Assembly (NCBI GenBank): GCA_030632085.1
Contig: DAOVJY010000001.1
Coordinates: 66,125 to 130,124 of the forward strand
DNA length: 64,000 bases
From: Candidatus Omnitrophota bacterium
GTDB lineage: Bacteria > Omnitrophota > Gorgyraeia > JAGLLT01
Direction of reading: 5' to 3'
Of this stretch, positions 38,490 to 48,179 are shown piece by piece. Numbering within the stretch: position 1 is the first letter of the stretch; every line of letters starts with the position of its first letter. Made by a program: the position numbers and the translations under genes. The notes beneath the pieces are model-generated. The model was given only the letters and a program-made list of their open reading frames with translations, had not been told where the DNA came from and ran no database searches.

Positions 38490-38630
38490 CTCCTTTATAT
38501 TAAATAAATGTCCTTAACCTTCTATCTCTGAGTTTCGTTGTTAATGAAAAGAATATGTACTCTATCTATTATAAATAAAATTGCATTAAATTACCAGTCA
38601 TTTAATACTTTATCTAATACTATAATAAAA

Positions 38631-38677
38631 GGATAAAAGGGGATAAAAGGACTAAAAGGGGACAGACACCTTTTTTA
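38631..38677 (+). repeat. REP element: tandem ATAAAAGG units followed by AAAAGGGGACAGACACCTTTTTT
   Basis: core 38655..38677; same core at 39387..39409 and reverse-complemented at 41553..41572 and 46026..46046. Confidence 0.65.
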
Positions 38678-38678
38678 C

Positions 38679-39338
38679 CTATTTCTTCTTAGGCCGCCCC
38701 TGCCCTAAGCACTTCAAGGAACGGTTTAGCTTTTTCTCCAAACTTTTAATAAACTTGTCTGCTCCTATTACTAGCCCTCTTTTTGTTTTTAATCTAATTT
38801 CATTAACCATTTCGGGATCATTTTCTTTTAAATAACTCTTCCATTCTTCAGGTTTTACGGCTTCATAGTTAGTGAGTTTTATCGGGGCTTTTTTTCGATT
38901 CCCCGCATGGTCGGGTGCGCTGGACCATTTATATTCCCAAGCGTTTTTAACTTTTTTTTCGCGTACTGGGTTATTTTCAACATACCTTATAGCACGATAT
39001 AAATGCGCGTCATCTAATACACAAGAGTAAAATCTTCCTTGCCAAAGATGACCCTTTACTTGTTTCTGTTTATTTATATAATTCGCGTATCTCATGTGAA
39101 CAGTTTTGAATACTTCAGCTAAATCCGCTTTTTCCATGGGAGCGACTACAAAATGCACATGATTATTCATTAAACAATACGCGAAAATATTTAAATTATA
39201 CTTTAAGGCATAATCATTTATCCATTCACAATATTGCATATAATGGTATTTGTAATTAAATATCTTTTGCTGGTAATTACCTCTTTGAGTAATGTGGTGC
39301 GGTGTATTTGGAATAACTATGCGGGCTTGTCTTGGCAT
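38679..39338 (-). CDS. REP-associated tyrosine transposase (RAYT, IS200/IS605 TnpA-like Y1 HUH)
   Basis: HHITQRGN, CLMNNHVHFVV (HUH motif) and GHLWQGRFYS (catalytic Tyr region) typical of TnpA_REP. Confidence 0.8.
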   Translation of the reverse strand: MPRQARIVIPNTPHHITQRGNYQQKIFNYKYHYMQYCEWINDYALKYNLNIFAYCLMNNHVHFVVAPMEKADLAEVFKTVHMRYANYINKQKQVKGHLWQGRFYSCVLDDAHLYRAIRYVENNPVREKKVKNAWEYKWSSAPDHAGNRKKAPIKLTNYEAVKPEEWKSYLKENDPEMVNEIRLKTKRGLVIGADKFIKSLEKKLNRSLKCLGQGRPKKK

Positions 39339-39386
39339 ATATAAAACATATCAAAATAAGGATGTTTTGTCAATATAAAAGGGATA

Positions 39387-39409
39387 AAAGGGGACAGACA
39401 CCTTTTTTT
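39387..39409 (+). repeat. REP element core AAAAGGGGACAGACACCTTTTTTT
   Basis: abuts stop codon of the downstream pseudopilin gene; preceded by AAAGGGATAAAAGG. Confidence 0.65.
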
Positions 39410-40403
39410 AGAACTGCTGCCAGTCGCTTAGGAAAACAATAGAGCCAAAACCCGGCGGCGGATCAATTACTATAGAATCATCATAAGTGATGGTCGTATT
39501 AACGCTTTCTTTAAGGTCGAAATTTCCCCCCGCGATAACTGTACCGGTTATATTAAGATTTATAGCGTCTTTTATATCAAAATTGCCTTTCGTATCCGCT
39601 CCGGCATAAGCTATGCCAAAAATAATTACATCTTCCGATTCCTTTAAATCAATATTACCATACGCGACTAGCGCGGGATTTGGTAAAGTGGCAGTAATGG
39701 AAATATTCTTATTTCCTCTCATATTGATGCTTCCTGTTGCTATAATTGAACCCTCAATGGTAACATTACTTTCTATAATAACCTTACCACCAATAAACCA
39801 CACGCCGGAATAATCCGTCCCGGAGCCTTTATCGCTAAACGTATAATTCCCTGTTATATCCTGGCCCTGGCCTGCTATACTTTTGAAGTAAGGAAAATCT
39901 ACAACGGGTAGAGCGGTCCCGCCTTCAACTTGATCTCCCGTTATAATAGGATTAACCGCGTCTTTATCATCAATCTTCCCTCCGACGTAAATAGCATATT
40001 TAAAAGCATCAGGAAGAACGCCCGAACCAATGGTTAGACTCTGTTTAATCGTCATAGTAATCTCATGCGCCGCAGCAGTCGAAGCCAAAGTATAAATATC
40101 GTCATCTTCAGTAACCCGAACAGTATAGACTCCCTCCCCTAAAGGCACATCAGTAAAGTTATCTATCCAATACTGAGTATCCGTGAGACGGTTAGGGTCA
40201 TCAATGGCGGCTTTTAAACCTCTCTCCATACCGGCTTCAGCAAGCCAAAAAACTTGCTTTTTATGATAATCTTCTACGATTAGGCCTTTTTCATGCAGAA
40301 TAATATTTGAATAAAGGCTCATCATAAGTATAGAAATAAACATTACTATTAATATGGCAATTAAAACAAACCCTTTATTGTTCACTGCTTTGGTTTTTTT
40401 CAT
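39408..40403 (-). CDS. prepilin-type N-terminal cleavage/methylation domain protein (large minor pseudopilin, GspK/PilX-like)
   Basis: KGFVLIAILIVMFISIL pilin-like N-terminus. Confidence 0.6.
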   Translation of the reverse strand: MKKTKAVNNKGFVLIAILIVMFISILMMSLYSNIILHEKGLIVEDYHKKQVFWLAEAGMERGLKAAIDDPNRLTDTQYWIDNFTDVPLGEGVYTVRVTEDDDIYTLASTAAAHEITMTIKQSLTIGSGVLPDAFKYAIYVGGKIDDKDAVNPIITGDQVEGGTALPVVDFPYFKSIAGQGQDITGNYTFSDKGSGTDYSGVWFIGGKVIIESNVTIEGSIIATGSINMRGNKNISITATLPNPALVAYGNIDLKESEDVIIFGIAYAGADTKGNFDIKDAINLNITGTVIAGGNFDLKESVNTTITYDDSIVIDPPPGFGSIVFLSDWQQF

Positions 40404-40419
40404 ATAATTACCTAAGCCT

Positions 40420-40998
40420 TTAATTTCTTAAACTAATCTTACCTTTTAGCGTTTGCGTTTCGTAAACCGCGGAGCCTAAAGGCATTTTGATTTGCCCCGT
40501 TATAACAATATCCACCACATCATAAATACCATCAGCCGGCTCACTAATGTCCGAATACATAAATCCTAAAACGGTTATCTCTATTGGAGCGACATTAAGG
40601 TTGTCCCAAGTAAAGCCTCCGCCGGGTTGGCCTACGTTCGCGTCTTTAGTGTATTTCAAAGTTGTGCCATCTAAGCGGAAACGATGTTCTTCACCGTCAT
40701 CAAGAATCCCATCATCATTTTCATCCATTGTATAACGAATTTCCGTCGCGGTACTTTGGGAGCTTATCCCAAAACTCCCGGAGCTTTCAGGATCATATCC
40801 CGCCTTTCTAATATCTTTTACCATTCTGTCCATTGCGACTTTTAAGTTCCCTTGCAGTTGCGCCTTTTTGACCTGCCCGACACTAAATTTTTGTTGACTA
40901 AGATAAAAGTTGAAAGCGCTCAGAATAATAATCGCAGCAAGCACAACTGCAACCATAATTTCAATAACAGTAAAACCTTTAATGTTCTTTGATTTCAT
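40420..40998 (-). CDS. prepilin-type N-terminal cleavage/methylation domain protein (minor pseudopilin)
   Basis: KGFTVIEIMVAVVLAAIII N-terminus. Confidence 0.7.
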   Translation of the reverse strand: MKSKNIKGFTVIEIMVAVVLAAIIILSAFNFYLSQQKFSVGQVKKAQLQGNLKVAMDRMVKDIRKAGYDPESSGSFGISSQSTATEIRYTMDENDDGILDDGEEHRFRLDGTTLKYTKDANVGQPGGGFTWDNLNVAPIEITVLGFMYSDISEPADGIYDVVDIVITGQIKMPLGSAVYETQTLKGKISLRN

Positions 40999-41005
40999 AA
41001 CATAT

Positions 41006-41359
41006 TTACTTATCAGCTTTAATAGTGGTTAATGTAACTGAATTCATTGAAGAAGTTGAAGGATATGTTACGGTTACGGTAACTTCAGAAGAAAGCATAG
41101 ACCACGTTCGCACATATACACCTTCCGTGTCAGTTCCGTCCGGCACGATGCCGTAAGGCTTGGCTTTGTATTCTTCCAGTTTATTCTGCGCCAACAAAGA
41201 AGCAACCGACATATGATGAGATTGAGCTCTAATCTGGCCCATAGCGATATAGCCATAAACAGAAACTAAAGCTAAAATAGCAATTACAACCACTGACATA
41301 ATAATTTCCAAGAGGGTAAATGCCCTCCGGAGCCTTAAACGCTCACCCACGAAAAACAT
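41006..41359 (-). CDS. prepilin-type N-terminal cleavage/methylation domain protein (minor pseudopilin)
   Basis: RRAFTLLEIIMSVVVIAILA N-terminus. Confidence 0.7.
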   Translation of the reverse strand: MFFVGERLRLRRAFTLLEIIMSVVVIAILALVSVYGYIAMGQIRAQSHHMSVASLLAQNKLEEYKAKPYGIVPDGTDTEGVYVRTWSMLSSEVTVTVTYPSTSSMNSVTLTTIKADK

Positions 41360-41552
41360 CTTTCTTTTTTGTACATTTTACTTCACCTCGATGTAAGATT
41401 ACCATATAAAAGTCATTTTGTCAAAATGAAGACTAAGAAAAAACGGTAAAAAAAAATTCATTATAAACTTTCTAAAATCATCTTTTCAAGAGGTATTATT
41501 TCTATTATATTTAATTAAAAGCTGTAGATTAGCCAAAAAAGAGGTGTTAATT

Positions 41553-41572
41553 AAAGGTGTCTGTCCCCTTTT
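41553..41572 (-). repeat. REP element core (reverse orientation) AAAGGTGTCTGTCCCCTTTT
   Basis: reverse complement of the REP core at 38655; followed by AATTCCTTTTAATT units. Confidence 0.65.
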
Positions 41573-41580
41573 AATTCCTT

Positions 41581-42801
41581 TTAATTAGGTTGATTGACCG
41601 TTCTATTTTTAATGTTCTCGCCTTCTACATAAATTTGGCTAAAAAGCTCATATCCATAGTTGGCTTTATTTCCGGCCACATCTTCAATTACAATGATAAA
41701 CAGGTTTTTACCCGTATTAAGATTAATATTAGTTAAGTTAAAAACACCTTCACTTGAAACGGTTACCGGCTGATTATTTATTATTAAACTCTTAAGAGTA
41801 TAATTATCACTTATAACCCCGCTGATGTTAACCGCAGTAGAATCAAGCACACTATGATTTTCAGGAGTAATCTGTAAAAGCACAGGCATTTTAACATCTT
41901 TAGTAATAGTTATTTTTTTATCCGGGCTTTTGTTACCGGCTGCATCTTTTAAACATAAATTAAAAATATTCTTACCCGTATTTAAACTTACAACGCAGAA
42001 CCAGGTTGCCTTATTGTTTACCTCTAGTTTTTTTACTTTATTAATATATAAACAAGTTTGAGGTTCTTTTGTACCGGTTAGCTTATAGCTGTTTTTATTT
42101 GTTATGAAAGTATTAGCTTCCACATGGGGAGCCGAAGGCGCTACAACATCATCCAAATACACTCTATAAATTCTATCTTCTTGCGGGGAAAAAGTCTTCT
42201 CGTAAGACACATAATCCTCTTTATCAGCTGCCAGTATGTATTTAGATTTTTGTTTAAAGATATTAAAACCTTTATCGCCGACCAGGCATAATCGGAACTC
42301 ACCTCTTTGATTACTATCGGCAAAGCTGACAATTTCATTTGACTTCTTAGGCCTTAAGGTAACGCTGGCCCCTTCAATGGGCAGACGAGTACCCTTATAA
42401 TAAACCACACCTTTTAAAACCAAACAGTCTTTATTGATATTTAGAGAGTAATTTTTATTGTAGGTCTTTTGTTGGATGAGACGAAAAGAATCAGCTACCG
42501 CGGGATAACCTTCTTTTGAGATAAATATTTTATACGGTGTGCCGGGAAAGGCCTTCCATTCAGAGGGAACCTTGAGATTATAATTACCCCGGGTATCAGT
42601 TAAAGCCGAATAACTGCCCAAGAGCTCATTAAAGGCAAAGATCTTAACTCCCGATAAAGGCTCACTTTCGCCATCAGTAACCTTGCCCTCTATTTGGGCA
42701 TAATATTCCTCAGGCAACTTATCAATCGCATAGGACGCCGTCATACCTAAGTGCAATATTATCAGGGTTAATAAAGTTATTTTAATTAACTGTGGCTTCA
42801 T
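41581..42801 (-). CDS. secreted protein with carboxypeptidase-regulatory-like (CarbopepD_reg) beta-sandwich domains
   Basis: signal peptide; GKVTDGESEPLSGVKIFAF...TDTRGNYNL motif. Confidence 0.5.
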   Translation of the reverse strand: MKPQLIKITLLTLIILHLGMTASYAIDKLPEEYYAQIEGKVTDGESEPLSGVKIFAFNELLGSYSALTDTRGNYNLKVPSEWKAFPGTPYKIFISKEGYPAVADSFRLIQQKTYNKNYSLNINKDCLVLKGVVYYKGTRLPIEGASVTLRPKKSNEIVSFADSNQRGEFRLCLVGDKGFNIFKQKSKYILAADKEDYVSYEKTFSPQEDRIYRVYLDDVVAPSAPHVEANTFITNKNSYKLTGTKEPQTCLYINKVKKLEVNNKATWFCVVSLNTGKNIFNLCLKDAAGNKSPDKKITITKDVKMPVLLQITPENHSVLDSTAVNISGVISDNYTLKSLIINNQPVTVSSEGVFNLTNINLNTGKNLFIIVIEDVAGNKANYGYELFSQIYVEGENIKNRTVNQPN

Positions 42802-42883
42802 AATGTTAAATAATGTATGGCAGTTGATTACATACAGAAATTAAACACTTATACATAATATCATATATAGCAAACGTTTGCAA

Positions 42884-42925
42884 CAAAAAAGAAAAAACAA
42901 AACCCCCGTGGGGCTATCACGGGGG
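42884..42925 (-). terminator. rho-independent terminator (CCCCCGTG-loop-CACGGGGG + T-run on minus strand)
   Basis: 8-bp GC stem followed on the minus strand by TTTTGTTTTTTCTTTTTTG. Confidence 0.6.
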
Positions 42926-42953
42926 TACGAGGCTTACTAACGTATGTACTCAC

Positions 42954-43367
42954 TTAGTAAGGTTCTCGTGGTTTAATGGCTCTCTTTACAAAATCACCGA
43001 TAGCTTCTTTATCTTTATCGGCTATCTTGGTGAACATAATTCCTACACGGTACCTTCTTTCCTCAAAGGGGATGCAGTCTTTAACCTCCCCCACCATTTC
43101 CATCTCTTTAAAACGGTTACCATCACTATCCGCAAAATGATTTATTAAAGTAAACTTCATAAATAAAATGCTCTTAATCGGCAGATTATACTTAGTCTCA
43201 ATGGCCATGCCGTCCTGGCTTAAATCAATCATTAAAGCATAAAGGCTTTTACCGCCAACAACCATTACTACCCGGGGTGAATTATATATTTCACAACTGA
43301 CGGTAAACCTTACTTTAATCCTCTTGTGTTGTCGTCTTTCCGGAATATTTGCCATCTTTTTTCTCAA
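42954..43367 (-). CDS. PilZ domain protein
   Basis: RRQHKRIKVRF ... DLSQDGMAIE motifs. Confidence 0.6.
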   Translation of the reverse strand: MRKKMANIPERRQHKRIKVRFTVSCEIYNSPRVVMVVGGKSLYALMIDLSQDGMAIETKYNLPIKSILFMKFTLINHFADSDGNRFKEMEMVGEVKDCIPFEERRYRVGIMFTKIADKDKEAIGDFVKRAIKPREPY

Positions 43368-43740
43368 CGGAATACATATTTATAACCTCTTGGATACCCC
43401 TGAAATTTTCTTCATCCATCCCGGTAAAATTAGCCGCGACTCCATACATAGCCATTTTTATTTTACCGCGATCACCAAGTGAGTCTATGCGGCATACCCT
43501 GGCTGTACAATGTGCCCAAGTGCCCCTATGAGGCAAAACTATGCTGAATTCCAACTTAACTCCTATATCAATTTTCTCAACATAATGAAAATAAAGTCCG
43601 CCCTCACCTAAGTTTTTGATAACAATCATATCCCAACCACGAGCTTTATCAGTATAATCATCACTACAAACGCGAAATCTGGCTGTTATGGACTTCATTG
43701 CCCTTTTATGTTTTCTGCCATTATCAAACCACGCAAACAT
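43315..43740 (-). CDS. PilZ domain protein
   Basis: RKHKRAMKSITARF ... NLGEGGLYF motifs; GGAGG RBS; overlaps next PilZ gene. Confidence 0.55.
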   Translation of the reverse strand: MFAWFDNGRKHKRAMKSITARFRVCSDDYTDKARGWDMIVIKNLGEGGLYFHYVEKIDIGVKLEFSIVLPHRGTWAHCTARVCRIDSLGDRGKIKMAMYGVAANFTGMDEENFRGIQEVINMYSVEKKDGKYSGKTTTQED

Positions 43741-43794
43741 CAGGACTGTACCTCCCCATAGGCCTACTCCAATTTAAGACCCATTTACGCATAC

Positions 43795-43813
43795 TACACA
43801 ATATATGTGTGTA
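43795..43813. promoter_or_regulatory. 19-bp perfect palindrome TACACAATATATGTGTGTA in divergent promoter region
   Basis: lies between PilZ gene (minus) and RHH-like gene (plus). Confidence 0.35.
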
Positions 43814-43902
43814 ATTATAAGATAAAGTTAACTTACTGTCAAGAAAAAAAGATTGCTATATCTTTTATTATGTGGTAATAGGTAACCTGAGGAGAGACTA
43901 AA

Positions 43903-44238
43903 ATGCTAAAAAGAAATCAGGTTTTATTAAATGACTGGTTAGTAGATATTATTAAAAATATGTCCAAAAAGTATGATTTAAGCTTTTCCGAGGTTATAAG
44001 GGTCTTTCTTTGTTTACAGATAGGCAAAATGAGTTCCTATGCTTACCCGGACCTTGATTTCAAATATGTTATAAATAAAACTAAAAGAATAATTAAAAAA
44101 AAGAATTCAAAAGAACCTTTATCTACGGAAGAACTGCGCACAGCCATATCAGAATTATATTTTGAAACCAGAAAAGCGGCTGAAATGTGGCACGAAAAAG
44201 AGAAGGAAGCTAAAAAAGAGAAAAAGAAATCTAAATAA
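43903..44238 (+). CDS. hypothetical ribbon-helix-helix-like protein with Lys/Glu-rich tail
   Basis: N-terminal QVLLNDWLVDIIKNMSKKYDLSFSEVIRVFL resembles RHH beta-strand plus helices; GAGGAG RBS. Confidence 0.4.
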   Translation: MLKRNQVLLNDWLVDIIKNMSKKYDLSFSEVIRVFLCLQIGKMSSYAYPDLDFKYVINKTKRIIKKKNSKEPLSTEELRTAISELYFETRKAAEMWHEKEKEAKKEKKKSK

Positions 44239-44240
44239 TG

Positions 44241-44840
44241 TTACTTTTTAGCCTTTACAAATAAAAGCGGGAATATAATATCGCTTAAGCAGCACGGAAG
44301 CCAAACCGCCACAAATAAGAAGATGAAGATTGCCAGATAGAAGTACCACGCCATAAAACCCCCTTTAGCCATTAAGATATGAAATAAAGAAGCCCAGGTA
44401 CTTAAAAGTACATGCCCCGCATGCGGAAATTTTGTAGTCGGCCTAAAATAAGCTATCACTACCCCTAATAGAGCCAACGGATTAACTAAATACCATTTTT
44501 CTATAAAACCCAGGTGGATACGCCTATCCGGCATATCAAGCATAGTCTCACCCAGATAAGGGATGATGGAGTCACTTAATGTGGCTATACCGATAGAACC
44601 CACATAACCTATCGCTATTAGCATCCAAATCCTTACCCTCCCTGTCCAGTTTAATTTAAACATAGACGCCGTTACCAAAGCGCTTAAGAAAACATGCAGG
44701 GGATGCAAAGTATAAAAAATATTGTAGGCGGTTTTACCTGACAACTTTTGAGATAAAAATAAAACCAATACACCGGTTAAGGCCCCGAATAAAGTAAACG
44801 GCGCGTGTGCTTTCAATTCTTTTAAAATCTTATTTGGCAT
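44241..44840 (-). CDS. hypothetical polytopic membrane protein
   Basis: 199 aa, 5-6 TM helices with several conserved-looking His residues. Confidence 0.45.
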   Translation of the reverse strand: MPNKILKELKAHAPFTLFGALTGVLVLFLSQKLSGKTAYNIFYTLHPLHVFLSALVTASMFKLNWTGRVRIWMLIAIGYVGSIGIATLSDSIIPYLGETMLDMPDRRIHLGFIEKWYLVNPLALLGVVIAYFRPTTKFPHAGHVLLSTWASLFHILMAKGGFMAWYFYLAIFIFLFVAVWLPCCLSDIIFPLLFVKAKK

Positions 44841-44992
44841 ATGTTCTATACACTTTTCCCATTATATACATATAGAAAACCCGAACCCACTATGAAGTTC
44901 GGGGCCAACAAAATATAAAATTTCGTTGGGATAATAGCTTAACATTACAACACAGTAAATGTACCACCTCCGAGGTAGTATAGAGGTGTAAA

Positions 44993-45361
44993 TTACCCTT
45001 TTTTATATTGCAGAATAAGCCTTTTGCCTATAGTCTGATACGCTTTATTATGATCCCCGATAAAAAACAGCACTGCATCATTCATTGTATGGTCTGATTT
45101 CCTGCAAAATTTACATTTTTTCTTCAATATTTCCGCCTTACAATCTTTGCACAAAATAAACAAGCATCTTAAATCTGTTTTCCCCCTAGGAAAACTTTTA
45201 AAAGGAGTAAACTCATATTTCAATTGTTCTCCTGCTGCATCTCCGCAGTTACTTTTTAAATAACGACACAATTTATCTACTTCATACTTTTGTTTTTTGT
45301 TATTCGGATTATAAGACTTCTCAAATTCTGAATGATAATGAACAGCAGGGCAAAAGGCCAT
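44993..45361 (-). CDS. hypothetical Cys-rich protein with CxxC-x8-CxxC zinc-ribbon
   Basis: CKDCKAEILKKKCKFC plus four further Cys; AT-rich codon usage. Confidence 0.4.
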   Translation of the reverse strand: MAFCPAVHYHSEFEKSYNPNNKKQKYEVDKLCRYLKSNCGDAAGEQLKYEFTPFKSFPRGKTDLRCLFILCKDCKAEILKKKCKFCRKSDHTMNDAVLFFIGDHNKAYQTIGKRLILQYKKG

Positions 45362-45366
45362 TATTT

Positions 45367-45768
45367 TTAAAGTTTCTTCTTGTAACGCAAAGACTTCTCG
45401 CTATCAAGCTCTATATTATACTTGGCCTCCATAATAGAACAATATTTACTATAATGTTTAAGTAAAATCCCGAAAGGTTTTACATTGTTTACAAGAAGAA
45501 CATAGAGGTCAGGGTTGGTATCGTTCTCAAGAAATGCCAAAAAATTATATGTCTCTTTGTAGCATCGCATATCATACTTTTCTTTTTGAGCTTTATCTTT
45601 TTTTATCTTCGCAATATTCATCTGCAGCTCATTGAAAACATTATAACATTCTCGAGAAGCCTTACCTATTTCATCAAGAAATAATTCTCTGCTCCACTTT
45701 TTAACAGAATTTTCAAGAGTCTTAATATCTGTTTTGTATTCTTTAGCCTTTTTTTCAACGCAAATCAT
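45367..45768 (-). CDS. hypothetical protein (helical, Lys-rich)
   Basis: 133-aa ORF 5 nt upstream of the Cys-rich ORF, likely co-transcribed. Confidence 0.4.
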   Translation of the reverse strand: MICVEKKAKEYKTDIKTLENSVKKWSRELFLDEIGKASRECYNVFNELQMNIAKIKKDKAQKEKYDMRCYKETYNFLAFLENDTNPDLYVLLVNNVKPFGILLKHYSKYCSIMEAKYNIELDSEKSLRYKKKL

Positions 45769-46025
45769 AAAATAACCCCTTTTTATTACATAACATATTA
45801 TTTACAACATCTATTATACAATTAATATTATGCCACAATTTACCTTAATTTTTCAAGTTATTTCTATTAAATCGCTTTATTATCATTTGTATTATAATTT
45901 TATCATACAAAATATTAAATTCAATGACCTCACATTAATTTCATAACGTTCTATTATTAAATATAGCACGTACCGCCTACGAGATGGTATAAGTTTGATT
46001 AAAAATTCATATTTATAGCAGAAAT

Positions 46026-46046
46026 AAAAGGTGTCTGTCCCCTTTT
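46026..46046 (-). repeat. REP element core (reverse orientation) AAAAGGTGTCTGTCCCCTTTT
   Basis: overlaps the ychF stop codon. Confidence 0.65.
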
Positions 46047-47118
46047 AGACATTGAATCTGATGGTTAGGATATCTCCGCCTTCGACTATATAATCTTTGC
46101 CCTTTAAGTACATCTTGCCGGCATCCTTAACCGCTTTCTCACTGCCTAAGGCATCAATATCAGCGAATTTAATCAGCTCCGCCCTGATAAAACCCCGCTG
46201 CATATCGGAATGAATTCCACCGGCGGCCTCAGGCGCGCTTGAACCTTTTTTAGTTGTCCAGTGCCTGACCTCATTGGGCCCCGCCGTAAAAAAGGATATT
46301 AAGTTAAGGGCTTCTATACAAAGCGAGGTTAATATATTTATGGCCGGTTCGGTTATACCGGCATCGGCTAAAAATTCTTTTCTCTCGGCCTCATCATCCA
46401 GAGAGGCTATCTCCGCCTCCGTCTCGGCACTGACTTGCATAAAATACGCGTCTATATTTTTATAATCCTGAGATAATTTTTTTAATAAAGTACCATCCTT
46501 TAAAGCGTCCTCGGAAACATTTAGGGCGATAATTATTTTCTTTAATGTTATAAAAGGATAGCTGGCGATTATCTTGCTTTGAATTTCAGTTAAGTCCAAC
46601 AGCCTCAAAGGCAGTTCTTTATCCAGCTGTTCTTTAAGCTTCAATAAAACCTCTTTTTCTTTAAGAAGGTTTTCTTCTTTTTTACCTTTCAGGCTTTTAT
46701 TAATTCTCTCTAAGCGTTTTTCTATAAAGAGTAAATCATTTAAGATGAGTTCTGAAAAAACCAGGTCAATATCTCTTTTGGCATCAACGCCCCCTTTTAT
46801 ATGATAAACAGCGTCATTTTCAAAAGCTCTAATAACCAGTAAAATAGCATCCAACTCAATCACATCTTTAAATATTTGAGTATTAGCCTGGGCATCTTCT
46901 GAAATTTTAGGAAGTAGTTCAATCTCAAGCCTGGCCCGGACCTTGCTTTGAGCCTTGTATACTTCTTCTAATCTGTCCAGGCGGGCATCACTAATCTGAG
47001 CCATGCTTTTGATGGGTTTATTAACCGCTAAATCATGCTCACTGGGAGCATGGCCGCTTAATACTTTAAAGAGTGTTTTCTTGCCTGACTGCGGAAGCCC
47101 AATAATACCAATTTTCAT
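46045..47118 (-). CDS. ychF: ribosome-binding ATPase YchF (Obg-family)
   Basis: MKIGIIGLPQSGKKTLF P-loop; C-terminal TGS domain ending DYIVEGGDILTIRFNV. Confidence 0.8.
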   Translation of the reverse strand: MKIGIIGLPQSGKKTLFKVLSGHAPSEHDLAVNKPIKSMAQISDARLDRLEEVYKAQSKVRARLEIELLPKISEDAQANTQIFKDVIELDAILLVIRAFENDAVYHIKGGVDAKRDIDLVFSELILNDLLFIEKRLERINKSLKGKKEENLLKEKEVLLKLKEQLDKELPLRLLDLTEIQSKIIASYPFITLKKIIIALNVSEDALKDGTLLKKLSQDYKNIDAYFMQVSAETEAEIASLDDEAERKEFLADAGITEPAINILTSLCIEALNLISFFTAGPNEVRHWTTKKGSSAPEAAGGIHSDMQRGFIRAELIKFADIDALGSEKAVKDAGKMYLKGKDYIVEGGDILTIRFNV

Positions 47119-47945
47119 TTTTTCTCTTCTACCTTTTTAGTCTTTTTTTTACCGCCTAAAGGTATTACTTTTCCTATAGTATCTTTAGTTTTAGTAACGG
47201 TGCCCGTGGCCGTGCCAACAGCTTTCTTGCCGGTATCAAGAGCCATACCCGCCGTCGAGCCGACTATCTTAGTGGCGCCCTTTAACGTATCAGTCGCGGT
47301 TGAAGCTAAGAGGTTAACATCAAAGTTTGTCAGGTTGGCAATAGCTGTATGCATTATGGCTTTGACGATAATTACGTTAGCCACTTTTTTAGGATCGTTA
47401 ATATTAGTGAATTTTTCATTTATCTTAATGGGAAAAACCATTACCTTGGGCTTTTTTCCGGCGGTATAATCTTTATAGATGACTTTATCTATTTTTAATT
47501 TCATAACATCTATCTGAAAACTACCATCGGCCTCGGGCTTCTTTTTTTGGCTAACTTCCTTTTTAGTATCTTTGACAACATTTAGTGAATTAAGGTTGAG
47601 TTTCCCATCTTTATTTTTTACGACCACAAACTCTTTTAAATGAATTCGTAATTCATAGATGTGTATGTTCTTTTTTATCATTTCTCCTAAATTATAATCT
47701 ACATATAATTCAGGCATGTCTATCATAACTTTATCGGGAAAGTCCGGCGGGTTATAGAGCTCTAAACCTTCGAGGCCAATCTTAGTCGATAAAATACCTA
47801 CTTCAGTCTTGGCGATACGCATTCTTAAACCCGTAAGAGTTTTAACGCCGCCTTTGAGAATATGTTCGACCACCAGATTTTTTCCGATAATCCCCGCCAC
47901 AACAAGTACCAGCAGGATTATCAGAATTAAATATGATTTTTTCAT
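47115..47945 (-). CDS. hypothetical membrane-anchored protein
   Basis: N-terminal TM helix, Lys-rich; Thr/Gly-rich C-terminal repeats. Confidence 0.45.
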   Translation of the reverse strand: MKKSYLILIILLVLVVAGIIGKNLVVEHILKGGVKTLTGLRMRIAKTEVGILSTKIGLEGLELYNPPDFPDKVMIDMPELYVDYNLGEMIKKNIHIYELRIHLKEFVVVKNKDGKLNLNSLNVVKDTKKEVSQKKKPEADGSFQIDVMKLKIDKVIYKDYTAGKKPKVMVFPIKINEKFTNINDPKKVANVIIVKAIMHTAIANLTNFDVNLLASTATDTLKGATKIVGSTAGMALDTGKKAVGTATGTVTKTKDTIGKVIPLGGKKKTKKVEEKK

Positions 47946-48179
47946 ATTAACTCCCCTTGTCTTCTGTCTCTTCAGTTTGATGAAAAACCTCTATTTCCCA
48001 AAGAGAATAACCCCATTCAGTGGTCCTTTTCTTTAGGTTGAGCTTTATGTATCTCACCGATTTATCAATATCGCGGATTTCTTCACTTCCTCCGAGGCAG
48101 TTACTATTAGAATATATTTGCCGCCAGCCGGACAATTCATAATATTCCTCCTCGCATAATGTGTTTATTAGACATGTTA

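Noticed and set aside
42880-42990. tRNA-like structure near the GC-rich hairpin downstream of the PilZ gene
   Set aside because: No cloverleaf could be built; the structure is a simple stem-loop plus T-run, better explained as a terminator overlapping the gene end. No tRNA or rRNA genes were recognised anywhere in the window.
47947-48135. 62-aa ORF between the membrane-anchored protein gene and the repeat region
   Set aside because: No RBS, overlaps the AT-rich repeat border, translation is low complexity.
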